Assembly (NCBI RefSeq): GCF_006345805.1
Contig: NC_042999.1
Coordinates: forward strand, 58,900,001 to 58,964,000
Direction of reading: 5' to 3'
From: Octopus sinensis
Taxonomy: Eukaryota
DNA: 64,000 nt
This document shows positions 40,036 through 53,653 of this stretch, one piece after another. Every line of letters starts with the position of its first letter. Position 1 is the first letter of the stretch. The notes under the pieces are model-generated. The model made no database searches. It was not told the origin of the DNA and saw only the letters and a program-made list of their open reading frames with translations. A program made the position numbers and the translations under genes.

Positions 40036-40644
40036 TCAACAATTATTTACCGTGGAGCATAAAAAACATGAGAGGTTTATAAAAATGTGCGTCGCTTAAT
40101 CTGAGAGTAACCTCTTCTCACAAGATTTAGATAGCCCTGTGATATCACATGCCTTCCACACCTTTCTCTGACTAGGTGATGCACATTTTCATAAACTCCG
40201 AACATGTTTGTGATGCTCAAGGGAAAAGTGTTTACATCAAATTCCTTTTAATTTTTTATTTTTTTGTCTCAACCAATGATGCGATTTTTTTAATACTGAA
40301 ATGCTAATACTAATGATATATGAACTGGTCACAATTTGTGATTTCTATTAATAAATTTCTGGGAATACTATTGTTAGAAGTTTATTAGCTATTTAATACC
40401 GAACTACGGGTGCAACAGTGTATATATTTTCACTTTCCCAGTAAATTATTTCAACAAAACACTATTGATATTACATATGAAAAGCTACTGCCGAAATAGG
40501 ATTAAAAACCTGATAGTATGGTCAGTAGAATGAAGAGGTACACAGTACTAAAGTATTAGAGCGTATTATCTCTTCAAATTGAAGTATATAAACGAGGCGA
40601 GTATTCATAACTTGAATTTAACAATAGAATTGTGAAATTTGTTA

Positions 40645-40866
40645 TATGGGGCGGAGTGCTGAAAAATTGCTGATTTTAAGGATATCAAGAAAAGCCTGGT
40701 TGGAGGCCTAGTATTCTGATATCTTTTACACGGCTTAGGAAAACTGAAGGATCGCTGCAATAAATGTCTGAATCTGAGAGGGGAATATGTTGATTAAAAC
40801 CATAATTAACTAATTCACCTTTATTTCCTTTTACTCAAGCCAGGAACTTTTCAGCACCACTTTGTA
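40645..40866 (+). mobile_element. Mariner-derived MITE retaining transposase C-terminus
   Basis: Ends CCAGGAACTTTTCAGCACCAC. The internal GLGKLKDRCNKCLNLRGEYVD* resembles the mariner C-terminal motif. Same family as 5787-5983. Confidence 0.65.
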
Positions 40867-40907
40867 ATTATAAAACCGAATCATCAAATTTCCAAACACA
40901 CACACAC

Positions 40908-41029
<122 letters not shown>

Positions 41030-41055
41030 TATATATATATATATATATATATGTA

Positions 41056-41382
41056 AGTATCAAGATCACCAGCCCTCTTCTACACGCACATACAAACATA
41101 TACACAACCAGGCGCACCTTCGTTTTGGTATCACCACTACTATATTATCTCCCCTTCTCCCAAGCTCTCTTGTGTGACCCTTCTGTCCGGCATCGCCATG
41201 ATAGATCGCTAGCCACTGCACATTCTTTATTTTCTCTTTGTTTCTTTTTGTGTTCCTTTCTGTGGCAGAGCGTAGGCTCGAAACATTAAAGGTTTTTTTC
41301 ACATCCCGAACGTTATAATAAAACATCTGTTTGTTCTCTACACCACCAGTCTTTGTCTTTTGTTTTTTTGTGAATTCTCCCC

Positions 41383-41383
<1 letters not shown>
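41056..41383 (+). mobile_element. Solo 3'-end fragment of a related Neptune-type PLE between (TA)n tracts
   Basis: TATTATCTCCCC...TCGCCATG...TAGCCACTGCAC...GAGCGTAGGCTCGAAAC is homologous to 42520-42793. Confidence 0.8.
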
Positions 41384-41465
<82 letters not shown>

Positions 41466-41472
41466 GTATGTA

Positions 41473-42793
41473 TAGTACCCACCATCGACCTATCCCATCA
41501 TCCACTCCTTCACCTGCACCTCCAGCAATATTATCTATTGCATCTCTTGCCTCTCTGCAATTCCTTGTACATCGGACAAACGGGACGCCGCTTGGCTGAC
41601 CGGTTCGCGGAACACCTTCGTGACATCCACCTTGCGAACGACACACCGGTCTCACGCCATTTCCACTCCACCGGTCACTCCTTGCAACACCTATCTGTGT
41701 TCGGTTTGTCCTTACACAGAGGCCATCCGGATTCCCGTTTGCGCCGTGAACAGGAATTAATCTTCTCTCTTCGCTCTTATACGCCATTTGGTCTCAACTC
41801 TCCCCCCTCCTCATCTAACCCCCCTCTCCCCTCCTCATCTAACCCCCCTCCCCTCCTCCTACCTATCCTTTCCCCCCCCGACCCCTACTTCTTCAGTCCT
41901 TCATCCTTTCACCCCTACTCCCTTCCTTCTTCCCTCTTTCTCCCTCCCTCCTTCCTTCTTCTCCTTCGTCTGCTCCCTCACTCCCCCTCCCCTCTTTCCT
42001 CCGTCCTCCCCCCCTCCTCCCCTTCCTTCTCCCCCTCCTCTCTCTTCCCCCGTTCTCCCCCGTTCCTCCTCCCCCTTCTCTCCCCCCTCTCCTCCCCCCC
42101 TTCCCCCTCTCTCCTCACTACACCCACGACTTCACACATCACATCATATATGATGTGCCATACTAATACATACACCAACTAATACATACTAATACGTACT
42201 AATACATACTAATACATACTAATACATACACCAACCCTATACATACGCACGTCCAGACCCCTCATACGCACTTATACTCTCTCAACACACACACACACAC
42301 TTATACATACTAATACGTACTAAACATACTAATACATACTAATACATACACCAACCCCATACATACGCACGTCCACACCAATCCTACGCACTAATACTCT
42401 CTCATACACACACACACACACACACACCCTTATACATACTAATACATACACCAACCCTATACATACACACGTCCAGACCCCTCCTACGCACTATAGCTGG
42501 TCCTTCAACCATATTATCAACCCTATTATCTCCCCTTATTTCGCTCTCGCGTCTCATGTTTGATCTTTGACCTCTGGCCGAAATCAGATCGCCATGTTGA
42601 TTCGTTAGCTACTGCACGCATTTTTTTCTCTCCTTCTTTCTGTGTTTTTTTTCTCTCTGTGTATCTTTCTGTTGAAGAGCGTAGGCTCGAAACGTTAAAG
42701 ACTTGTTTTATTTATATTCCTGAGCGCCATAGTAATACAATTGTTCGTTGTTTCCACCTGCCTTCGTCTTTTGTCTATTTTCATAAAGCTTCC
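41473..42793 (+). mobile_element. 5'-truncated upstream copy (pseudo-LTR) of the Neptune-type PLE
   Basis: Direct repeat of about 45970-46973. It contains the GIY-YIG domain (YIGQTGRRLADRFAEH..REQELIFSLRSYTPFGLN), 3' UTR and hammerhead. Confidence 0.92.
42664..42701 (+). ncRNA. Minimal type I hammerhead-like motif, A6U variant (pLTR copy)
   Basis: UCUUU-CUGUUGA-A-GAGC(GUAG)GCUC-GAAAC-GU-U-AAAGA. Confidence 0.65.
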
Positions 42794-43414
42794 CGTTATA
42801 TATTATGCGCTCACGTGGTCTCACTTTCATCCTATATTCTACCAATACCACTATCAACACTTACCTCTACCTTGGATTTTCTTTACCTCTTGGATACTAC
42901 CATTGGCTGCACCTCTCTTTCGCGGATCAAAGTGACTTTGCATTGATGTGAAATCCTTAAAAAATATACCACGACGTCTACACATTTCTCACCTTGAACT
43001 TTCAACCTTGAACTTGTTCGCATAACTGTCCCGTTTGTTGTATTTTTATTTTCTCTTATATTACCACTTTTTTTACATTCATTTAATGCTTTCCACATTT
43101 TCCTGCATTTTTGTTCTCCTTTCTGTCTTTCTTCCCTCTCTGGATGTCCATACTCCGTTTCCTCTGCCTGCACCCCCCTTTTTTGCCTCCCCCTCTCTCT
43201 GCTTCCCTTCTTTCTTTCCCTTTTCCGTTTGCCCCGTCTTTTCTGCCCCTATCGCTTACTTATCTAGTTTTTCATACGATCATTATTTTTTGTTTTTTTA
43301 ACGTTTGTTTTTTCCCTTTTTTTCTATTTTTTTCATACGATAATTTTTGTTTTTTGTTTTGTTTTTTTATTTTTTTTTGTTTTTTCGAACGTTTTTTTTT
43401 TCCGCTATCCCATC

Positions 43415-46320
43415 ATGCCGGATCCTAGGTCCTACCTCCTCACCCTCCATCACCGTTTGAAGGATCATCTCCGTTCGCTTCCTGTATATTGCCTTCAGCC
43501 GTCCGTTAATCTCTCTCTACTTCTTTTTAAAAAAACCCGCTTCTCTAGCCATGTCTCTTTCCTAAGCCGCTGCCTACATCACCGACTCATCCCTAAAGGT
43601 TTCCGCCTCCACTTCCACCCTGCTCTCCACTCGGATTCTTCCATCTTACCCATACTCCGCACCACATCTTACCGCCTATGCGGGCCACCATTCGCTCCAA
43701 TCTCTCCAAACTACATGCCATCAACCGCCTTCTTCCTCCTGCTTTCTCCACCTTCTTCTCCTCTCTGCCGCCTCTCTATGCTCCAAACACGCTACGCTTC
43801 ATTATCCATTTGAATCAACTCTTCCATCAATTTCTTTCTGATACCAAACTTCGTAAACTCCAATCACTCTTCCATTCCACCCTACCCGACGCCACTACCC
43901 CAAACTCCTCCACCACCCTTCTCCCCTCCCGATAGGCTCCATCCACCCACACCTAACCCCACTGCCCCTCCCTACAACCCCTTCTCCCCTCCCGATAGGC
44001 TCCATCCACCTACACCTACCCTACTGCCCGCCCAACCCACCCCACACACACACCTCCCCAATCCCTCCCCCTCAGACCTCCACGAGACCTACCACCCCTC
44101 CTACTTCTATTCAACCCACCCCTTCTCCAACCGTCTGTTGTTACCATTCCCCCGATCTTCCCCTCTCTGCGGCTGAACGCTCCGTCCTTGGTAGGGGTCT
44201 GCGTTTCATCCCTCTCACTCCATCCTGTAAGGAATTCCAGACGCGAGTTGATGTCCACAGCTTTGTGCGCCGTTGTCCGGTTGGGTACGCATTACCACGA
44301 CTCGCCACCCACACCCAACGAGAGGACTGCTTCACTGGCCTGGGCCGCCGACCATCCCCGTGGACGCCTGCCCCTGGCCAGATCCTAGCAGTGGATCTTT
44401 TCGCGGGCGCTTGTCAGCGTGGATTGGAGCGGTTCAACTTCTCCAGGCGCCAACGCCGCCTCAACATCTCCCCGGCTGAGCTCTTGGCTCTTCGTTCCCT
44501 CCAACGGCGCGCTGACATATCATCAAACCGGCTGACAAGGGTGGGTGCTGTAGTGGTGTGGCGCGCGGCTCTATAGGGCCGAGGCTTTCCGCCAACTCAA
44601 TGACACCTCCTTCTATTCCCCTCTGCCCTCTAACCCCACACGTAGCTACCAACAGACGGTATCCTCTACTGTCCAAGACCTCATCTCGTCCTCCCGTCTC
44701 CCCCGCACCGCATCCAACCTAATTGTGCGAACCCCCACGTACCCCCACCATTTACTTCCTCCCCCAAATCCACAAACCCAACAACCCTGGCCGCCCCATC
44801 GTCTCCGCCTGTAACTGCCCCACGGAGCTCATCTCTAAATACCTCGACCGTGTCCTTGCCCCCCTAGTGGCATCTCTTCCCTCCCACATCCACGATACCA
44901 ACCATGCTCTCCGGCTTTTCAACTCTTTCTCCTTTCCTCCCGGCTCCTCCAAAATCCTTTTTACTATGGACATCCAAAGCCTCTATACTGTTATCCCTCA
45001 CCACGAAGGACTGCAGGCCCTTCGACCTTTCTTGACCTCCGCTCTAACCCTGTACCTGACACCTCCACACTCATTCGTCTGGCCGAACTTGTCCTTACTC
45101 TGAACTGCTTCTCGTTCGCGGGCGAGTTCTACCATCAGGTCTCGGGAGTGGCCATGGGAACGCGAATGGGCCCCAACTATATGCGAACTGTTCGTTGGCT
45201 ATGTTGAGGCCCAAATATTCTCTAATTTCACTGGTCCCACTCCCGAACTATATGGTCGTTACATCGACGACATTATCGGTGCCACCTCACTCTCCGCGAA
45301 CATCTAGATTCCTTCCTCTCTTTCATCCAATCTTTCCATCCAGCCTCCACTTTACTTCCACTATCTCCAACACCTCTGTCTCCTTCCTCGACATTTCGGT
45401 TAGCATTCTTCACTCCACTCTTACCACCTCCATTCACTACAAACACACAGACTCACACTCATACCTCAACTTCTCTTCCTCCCACCCAGAACACACCAAG
45501 CTTTCCATCCCCTATTCCCAATTCCTCCGTCTACGTAGGCTCTGTAGTGACGACCATGACTTTGAGACTCAGTCTCAACGTATGGCTCACCACTTCACCC
45601 TACGTGGATACCCCCTCACCACTATCCACACCGCCCTTGCCAGAGCACGGTCCGTGGACCGTGTATCTGCTCTCTCTCCCCGAACCCGCCCTGTAGTCTC
45701 CCGCCTCCCTTTTCCCCTCACTTACCACCCCACGACCCTACGTCTCCAACGCACCATTCTTCGAGCTTTCCGTCATCTCCAGTCCGACCCGTCCACTTCA
45801 CACCTCTTCCCTAACCGACCCCTCCCCTCTTTCAAAACGAGCCCACAACCTTCGAGACCTTTTGGTCCATAGCTCCTTCCCTGACCCTACCTCCCAACCC
45901 GGCTCGTTCCCCTGCTCCCGCCCACGTTGCCGCACTTGCCCTTACCTCTCCAACCACCCACCGCCTCACTAGCACCCACCATCGACCCTATCCCATCATC
46001 CACTCCTTCACCTGCACCTCCAGCAATATTATCTATTGCATCTCTTGCTCTCTCTGCAATTCCTTGTACATCGGACAAACGGGACGCCGCTTGGCTGACC
46101 GGTTCGCGGAACACCTTCGTGACATCCACCTTGCGAACGACACACCGGTCTCACGCCATTTCCACTCCACCGGTCACTCCTTGCAACACCTATCTGTGTT
46201 CGGTTTGTCCTTACACAGAGGCCATCCGGATTCCCGTTTGCGCCGTGAACAGGAATTAATCTTCTCTCTTCTCTTCGCTCTTATACGCCATTTGTCTCAA
46301 CTCTCCCCCTCCTCATCTAA
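43415..46320 (+). pseudogene. PLE polyprotein (N-terminal domain, RT, Cys linker, GIY-YIG endonuclease), split by frameshifts
   Basis: LSAAERSVLGRGLRFIP; KPADK..AVVVW; YFLPQIHKPNNPGRPIVS; FTMDIQSLYTVIPH; GVAMGTRMGPNY; RYIDD; VSFLDI; SSHPEHTKLSIPYSQFLRLRRLCS; GSFPCSRPRCRTCPY; NIIYCISC..YIGQT. Confidence 0.92.
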
Positions 46321-46840
46321 CCCCCCCCCCCCCTCACCTATCCTTTCCCCCGACCCCTACTTCTTCAGTCCTTCATCCTTTCACCCCTACTCCCCTTCCC
46401 TTCTTCCCTCTTTCTCCTCCCTCCTTCCCTCTTCTCCTTCCGTCTGCCTCCCTCACTCCCCCTCTCCCTCTTTCCTCCCCCTCCCCCATCCTCCCCTTCC
46501 TTCTCCCCCTCCTTTCTCTTCCCCCGTCTCCCCCCTCTCCTCCTCCCCCTTCTCCCCCTCTTCTCCTCACTACACCACACGACTTCACACATCACATCAT
46601 ATATGATGTGTCATACTAATACATACACCAACCCTATACATACACACGTCCACCCCTCCTACGCACTATTAGCTGGTCCTTCAACCATATTATCAACCCT
46701 ATTATCTCCCCTTATTTCGCTCTCGCGTCTCATGTTTGATCTTTGACCTCTGGCCGAAATCAGATCGCCATGTTGATTCGTTAGCTACTGCACGCATTTT
46801 TTTTCTCTCTTTCTTTCTGTGTTTTTTTTCTCTCTGTGTA

Positions 46841-46878
46841 TCTTTCTGTTGAAGAGCGTAGGCTCGAAACGTTAAAGA
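46841..46878 (+). ncRNA. Minimal type I hammerhead-like motif, A6U variant (3' copy)
   Basis: Identical to 42664-42701. Confidence 0.65.
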
Positions 46879-46978
46879 CTTGTTTTATTTATATTTCCTG
46901 AGCGCCATAGTAATACAATTGTTCGTTTGTTTTCCACCTGCCTTCGTCTTTTGTCTATTTTCATAAAGCTTCCTTTCC

Positions 46979-47020
<42 letters not shown>

Positions 47021-47148
47021 TATATATATATGTATGTATCTATATATATATATATATACATATACATACATACTACATATATATATACTATACATATACA
47101 TACATACATACATACATACATACATAATACATTATATATATATATATA

Positions 47149-47179
<31 letters not shown>

Positions 47180-47811
47180 TATACATATATTGCTTCGCGC
47201 ACTTGCGCTAGATCACCTAGCGCAAATTCTTGAAACAAAATGGACCTCACTAGATACACACATCACTCAATTGCTAGATGGCTGTGAATAATTGAACAAT
47301 GGAATCATTCAAGCCACTCCAAACTTGAAATTAAATTGATGAAATAACGAAAAGGCGAAACATGAGTCACGGCTTCATATAATTTCCGAAAGAACTTATC
47401 ACAAGCATTATACAAAGATCAAATTCTCAGCTTCCCAATGTGTCTCTGTAATAATCATGCAATAAAACATGACCGTAGGACATAGATAAGACAGAAAGAA
47501 AGAAAAAAAAGCGACAGCAATATTAGGCGTCACGAATGACATAATCTAATCTGTATTTATAATGTATCTCATAATTTAAAGTATTCTAGAATCTTTCGAA
47601 TAATATCAATAAGACAATGCATTACGTTTTCTGACGGCAATGTTTATAATGAAAAAGATCTCGTTGATAAGAGTACCTTCAAATACGCATGTGACTGTGT
47701 GCGTTTGACTAATTGCACGAGTGTGGGCATGTCTGTGTGCATGTATTTTATGCATGTTTGCTGCTTTATATATTTATACACATACATATACATACACATG
47801 CTCATCGACGC

Positions 47812-47852
<41 letters not shown>

Positions 47853-47886
47853 CTCATACACACATATATATATATATGTGTTTGTG

Positions 47887-47954
<68 letters not shown>

Positions 47955-48212
47955 TTCACATGTATGTATGTATGTGTTTGTGTGTGTATATGGGGTGGTG
48001 TGTCTTGGAAATTGTACTGTGCTTGGAATAAACAAATCAATTTCTACTGTAATTTCTTAAATGCGATACAATATTTCAAGAAGTTTGAAATTTCTTTCAC
48101 CATTATTATAAATGTTATATACGTCATTTTAAAAAAGTTTCATTTTATTTTATATCTATTTCCTCAGATTTCTTTCTTTGAATTGTACAAGATACTCTAT
48201 ATCAGTTCGTAA

Positions 48213-48261
<49 letters not shown>

Positions 48262-48519
48262 ATATATCTGTGTGTGAGATTGTATGTGTTTATATACGAG
48301 CTTCTATGCTTCTAGTTTGAAGGAATTGTTTGTGTTCGATTGTACGCATGCATGTAGCTACATGTAGGCGTACGTACTTGGGTTTGTGTGTATATGTTTA
48401 AGATACAAATTCACAAGTTTATATTTCCTGGATATTTACCTCCGAATTTCTTATTTTCATTTAACGCACCTGTTATTTTTCTTCTTTATAAACATTTATC
48501 CTCCTCATCATCATCATCA

Positions 48520-48580
<61 letters not shown>

Positions 48581-49152
48581 CATTAGATATAATTTAAAAG
48601 ATTTTTTTTTATTTTCATTACTTTCTATTTTTATTTCATCATGTCGGATTTTTTCTTGTTGTTTTCTTTCCTCCAAATTCAAGTGATTACTTTCAAAGTA
48701 TTCTAAGCAATGTTACCAAGTGCAGGAATATTCATTAATGCAGTCTCGTTTGTCATGCAAATTAGATTTGACAACTTTTCATGCGTTCTTCTCTCTTCTT
48801 TTTCTATTATTTTATTATTATTATTATTGTTATTATTTAAAAATAGTTTTTTTAATGTATTATTTTACTTACACAATTACGTATACATAAACATTAAACA
48901 CACACATTCAAGATCATCAAGTTTAATCAGACATTCATGCACACACGACGTTGCCGAGTAAAAGAATATTTCCAATTATCTTCCAAGTTTTATCATTATC
49001 TTTTTGGAAATATTTATCTTAATTTAATTTTGGATTGATTACTCTGAAATACAATTTTTGTTGTTGTTTCGTGAATTGATTTTGTTTTTGTCATTGTTAG
49101 CGTAGTTGGTTTTTGAGGGTAGGGGAAAGACGAGGCTGTTTCTTTTCAATTG

Positions 49153-49189
<37 letters not shown>

Positions 49190-49379
49190 CTTTTTGTTTT
49201 CACCTTTCTGTATGAACAACAAACAAATTTTTGAATTCAAAATTTTCATTCTCAAACAATTGTTTAATAACAACATGTTTGATTCCAGACTGGCTAGCAC
49301 CAACATTTATCAAAATAATTCAATGCTTTTCATGGCCCCTGCTGCGCATAATGTTGTCGATGTGGTTGAACCCTAGAAG

Positions 49380-50170
49380 ACCTACACTCAAATTAATTCC
49401 AGCCGAGGTCATCCAGTGACCATCGTTGACTTTGGATGACATGGTTTAATGAGCCCTTTTTAAGAGGTGGGGATGTAATTTGAAAAACATTTGACTATCA
49501 GTTCTTGTAAGATGATCGACCGAAGAACGACTTCTTTTAATTTTGATGCTGTTTGTGCTATTGTTGTTTCCGAAGTTACTTTTTCTTGTTTATGACCGCC
49601 TCTTACGCAATTACGCATTTCTTTTCTTCCGAGATAATTTAGATGTAATATAATAAAGCTAAGATCGATAATCCGGGTTGCGCAATTTAAAAATAATTAC
49701 TGTCATTTCCATAGCTGTTGTTACTATTCTTACTGTTTTTGTTGTTTCTACTGTTGGAGTTTGTTTTTGTTAGTCTCACGTCAAAGCTTACCGAGGATGC
49801 TTATTATGATTGAAGGCGTTCCACACATGACTATTCCATCTTTTATCAGTTATCTTATCCCCGATTACATGACCCTAACCATCAGTCTTTCTTTAAAACG
49901 TTAGGACTTATTTCAAGGATATTTAGGTGATGCTTCTTGCAAGTCGACCGGCCATACAAAGGCTACCTCATTAGTCTTTTCTCTAATAGCTATGTAGCTG
50001 CATCACAACCCTGATCGAATACAAACATTCCAACTGTGAGCTCACTGTCTTTTGGGGGACACATTCATCTACATTCTCTAATGGTGTGTTGCTGGCTATA
50101 ATTTTAGGGATATTTTGCGGCTACTTTTAACTAGTCGAGCGCCCACATAGATTCCTCTTGTTTTTGTTGT
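49380..50170. repeat. Cluster of decayed copies of an old interspersed repeat
   Basis: A motif approximating GGA.ATTTGGCTGCTATTTCTAGCAGGTCGAGCG recurs near 49490, 49915 and 50105, and also near 11050, 17725 (reverse), 18590 and 31965 (reverse). Confidence 0.45.
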
Positions 50171-51015
50171 TTTGCTTCTCCGACTCTCTTCTGACTATAG
50201 TAGCTGTAGCTGCGATTTCTCCTTATTGATGGTATCGTAAGAGAATACGGAATACTACCATACTACTACTTCCTACTTCGTTGTATTTGTTATTGAAGAT
50301 AATTGTCAGAATGGATTGTGTGTATTTCTCGAGCTTTTGCTATGTTAAACGATTGAAAGTCACGTTTCCAAGGAGATATAGCGTAAATCTATCATTGATG
50401 TTTCCCCCAATTGATGACATTGAGAGCAGCATTACAAAACCAAGTAGGAATCGACAATTCTATAGCGTCACTACTATACTTAATTCGATAATGTTTATCA
50501 GAGATATAATACAGCAACCCTGATAGGATACGATCTTTCTATAATATTGTCATTAGGAAGATCCAATGCGTTATCTAATTCGTTTTCTACCTTTCATTCT
50601 ATTCCCTTCAGCTCACCGTCATTGATTGCAGTCAGTTGTTGTATTCATCGTTTCAGTACTCAAGTAGGTTACATGCTTCATTGAGATATTTGACGACATT
50701 AATTTGACAGAGTTTTGGGAGAACTCTTGAAAGGGCTTCCGCTTTTCAGCACGATGATTGGGAATACATGACCTAGAATGCAGTTCCTTTAAAAAGCGGT
50801 AGAGAGTGGTTTGATGGGTATTAGGGTGTAGATTTTAGCAAATCGAACGACATTTTTGAGAGATGCATTCTTATTCGCAAAATTTGAAGAATGAGACGAA
50901 CTGGCACTATAACGGTTATACAATCCTTTGCCATACTTGTTTATCAATAAAACATACTTATGGTTATGGTTAGTGACGTGGCGGAAGCAATAAAGCAGCG
51001 AAGTAAATGCTTCAC

Positions 51016-51050
<35 letters not shown>

Positions 51051-51240
51051 CAGTCGCCATGATAGATCGTTAGCCACTACACACATTTTTTTCTCTCCCT
51101 GTTTTTCTGTGTCCCTTTCTGTAGAAGAGCGTAGGCTCGAAACGTAAAATAATTTCTATTCCTGAGCGTTATACTAATACATCTGTTTCTTTTCTATACC
51201 ACCTGTCTTCGTCTTTTGTTTTTTTCGTAAACTCCCCCTA
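51051..51240 (+). mobile_element. Solo 3'-end fragment of a Neptune-type PLE in (TA)n, with hammerhead-like motif 51114-51151
   Basis: TCGCCATGATAGATCGTTAGCCACTAC...CTTT-CTGTAGA-A-GAGCGTAGGCTC-GAAACGTA...CTCCCCC-TATA. Confidence 0.8.
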
Positions 51241-51274
51241 TATATGTATGTTGTATATATATATATATATATAG

Positions 51275-51333
<59 letters not shown>

Positions 51334-52159
51334 CCATGCATATTCGTATTTATAACTAGCATCGAATTTGACTGCTTTTCTTCCTTCTGGGTTCCATATA
51401 ATCATAAATACCAATAAATACATTGGAACTGAATCCCAAAGATATTTAGTGCTCTGTCTGATTGGATACGGGTACCATCCTGGTCAGATTGTTTTTTTTT
51501 TATTATAACCTCAGGTTGATACAAGTCTTTTGAAAGAAACTAGGCTGATGGAAAGAGGAAACTGTATAGAAGCCGGCTACATGTTACTATTAATTCAAAG
51601 ATCTGGTTCCGTCACCTATTATGTTACTCTGATTCCACTGTGTGCCTGTTAGATACTCAGTTATTTCTACATTAATCAAACGGAAATGAATTTAGTTGGA
51701 GAAATAAATGAATTCTCATAAAGGATATATAAAGATCAGAAACAATAACTCTGATGAGGTCTAACTCAAGAATTTTGGAGAAGATTTAGGAAAATGTGAA
51801 CATTGTTTATTCTGTGAAAATCAGTAATTGTTTCACATTTTGTACAAAACCAGCCGATTTGAAAGTTGGGGGTTAGCGGATTCTATATCAACCTCGGCGT
51901 TAACTTCATCGATCACGGTAGGATGTAAAGCAGAGTCGTCATCAGCGGAATTTGTACTCAAAACATAAAGAGCCGGAAGACATAAAGCAAAGCATTTTCT
52001 TCAGTACGCTAGCTATTCTACCGGCTCACTGATCTCCTGAACATTAATAATCTATGCTAAAATGGTGAAAGCTTTTCGTTAGTTGGAATTATTTTACTTT
52101 AATTAAAAGAAAGCAATTATTAAACGCTTGAATATCTGGAAAACTTTATACACTCCACT

Positions 52160-52382
52160 TCTCTCTCTTTACTTGTTTCAGTAATTTGTCTGCAGCCATG
52201 CTGGAGCACCGCCTTTAGTCGAGCAAATCGACCCCATGACTTATTTTTTGTAAGCCTAGTATTTATTCTAACGGTCTCCTTTGCCGAACCGCTAAGTTAT
52301 GGGGATGCAAACACACCAGCATTGGTTGTCAAGCGATGTTGGGGAGACAAGCACAGACACACAAACACACACAGACACACAG

Positions 52383-52423
<41 letters not shown>

Positions 52424-52595
52424 CATATATACGACGGGCTTCTTTCAGTTTCCGTCTGCCAAATCCACTCACAAGGCTTTGGTCAGCCCGAGGCTATAGT
52501 AGAAGACACTTGTCCAAGGTGCGACGCAGTGGGACTGAACCCGGTACCATGTGGTTGGTAAGCAAGCTACTTACCACAGAGCCATTCCTGCGCCT
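52160..52595 (-). mobile_element. SINE group B, full length
   Basis: Collinear with 966-1396. Confidence 0.85.
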
Positions 52596-53354
52596 AATAA
52601 ATTTTTATCTAATATTTTTTTTTATCAAAATGTGGTTCTGTTGTCGATTTCTTCATCAAAACCAGTGTTTTTTAACCATTTTCTATCTAAGGATCCCTCT
52701 TATTCCTATTTTACAGAACTGGTCGCTCCTAGCCATTCTATATCTAAAAAATCAATTATTTTTATAACTAAACATTATTATTTCGTTTTGGGATTTGGTT
52801 TGCAAGATTCTTTATGTGAGTTCGTGTCTTGAAGCATATTCTGGTGTGTCTGGGGAGAGTCATTTTCTTTTTGTGCCTTATAATTCAACACACTCACCGG
52901 TCAAGTCTATTGAAAAGGTTGCAAGACGCAACGAAAATTTTAGGAAAATAGAAATAAGAAATAAGTGGAAATTTTACCGGTAAGTGCCCAGACACAACAG
53001 AATAAACATTATTAGGAATTGTTTAAAAAGATTGTCAAAACATTTTTTGTAGCATTGTAGAGGTATAACCAATTATTTATAACTAATAGAACTAATTATT
53101 CAGTGATAGTGTTTTGATATTTTAGATATGAATAAGAAAAGAAATGGAGGTAATCGCGTCATCGCACTGAATTTCGAATTAGAAATTTCTCCTCGTCTTT
53201 AAAAACCCTTTTCATTTGATATGTGCATGAAGGATCTACTAAATGGTGGTTTGCTTTCTTCAAAACTGCAACCAAATCGCCCTCAATTCATACTTCGTTA
53301 TATAATGCAAATACTCATTAGTTAACACACATAAACACACACACACATATATGT

Positions 53355-53653
53355 ATGCGTATGGCTGAGTGGTTAGGGGGATGCACTCACGATTGCGAGA
53401 TCGTGGGTTCGATTCTCAGACCGGGTATTGCGTTGTGCTCTTGAACGAAGCACTTCACTTCGTGTTGCTCTGCGATCATTTCGACATCTGATATGTGGTA
53501 CCCAGTTGCACCTGTACAGGTAATGCCGATTTGATGGAGGGAGGAGGCGTATGTCTACAGAAACAGTTGATCACAATAAACAAATCATCTGCGTGGTTGT
53601 TCAGTACGAAACTGTCGCATCCTCATACCTCGTCTAACGACGAGAGAACCCAT

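Larger units (their letters stand above)
42794..46980 (+). mobile_element. Penelope-like retroelement, Neptune type, unit-length copy ending at (TA)n
   Basis: Carries the RT/GIY-YIG coding region, a polypyrimidine 3' UTR and a hammerhead. The partial-tandem structure is typical of PLEs. Confidence 0.92.

Noticed and set aside
41331-42182. 283-aa ORF as a stand-alone GIY-YIG gene
   Set aside because: Chance fusion of a PLE tail, (TA)n, the truncated endonuclease and low-complexity UTR.
51750-51775. CTGATGAGGTCTAACTC as a hammerhead
   Set aside because: No GAAA, stem I or stem III.
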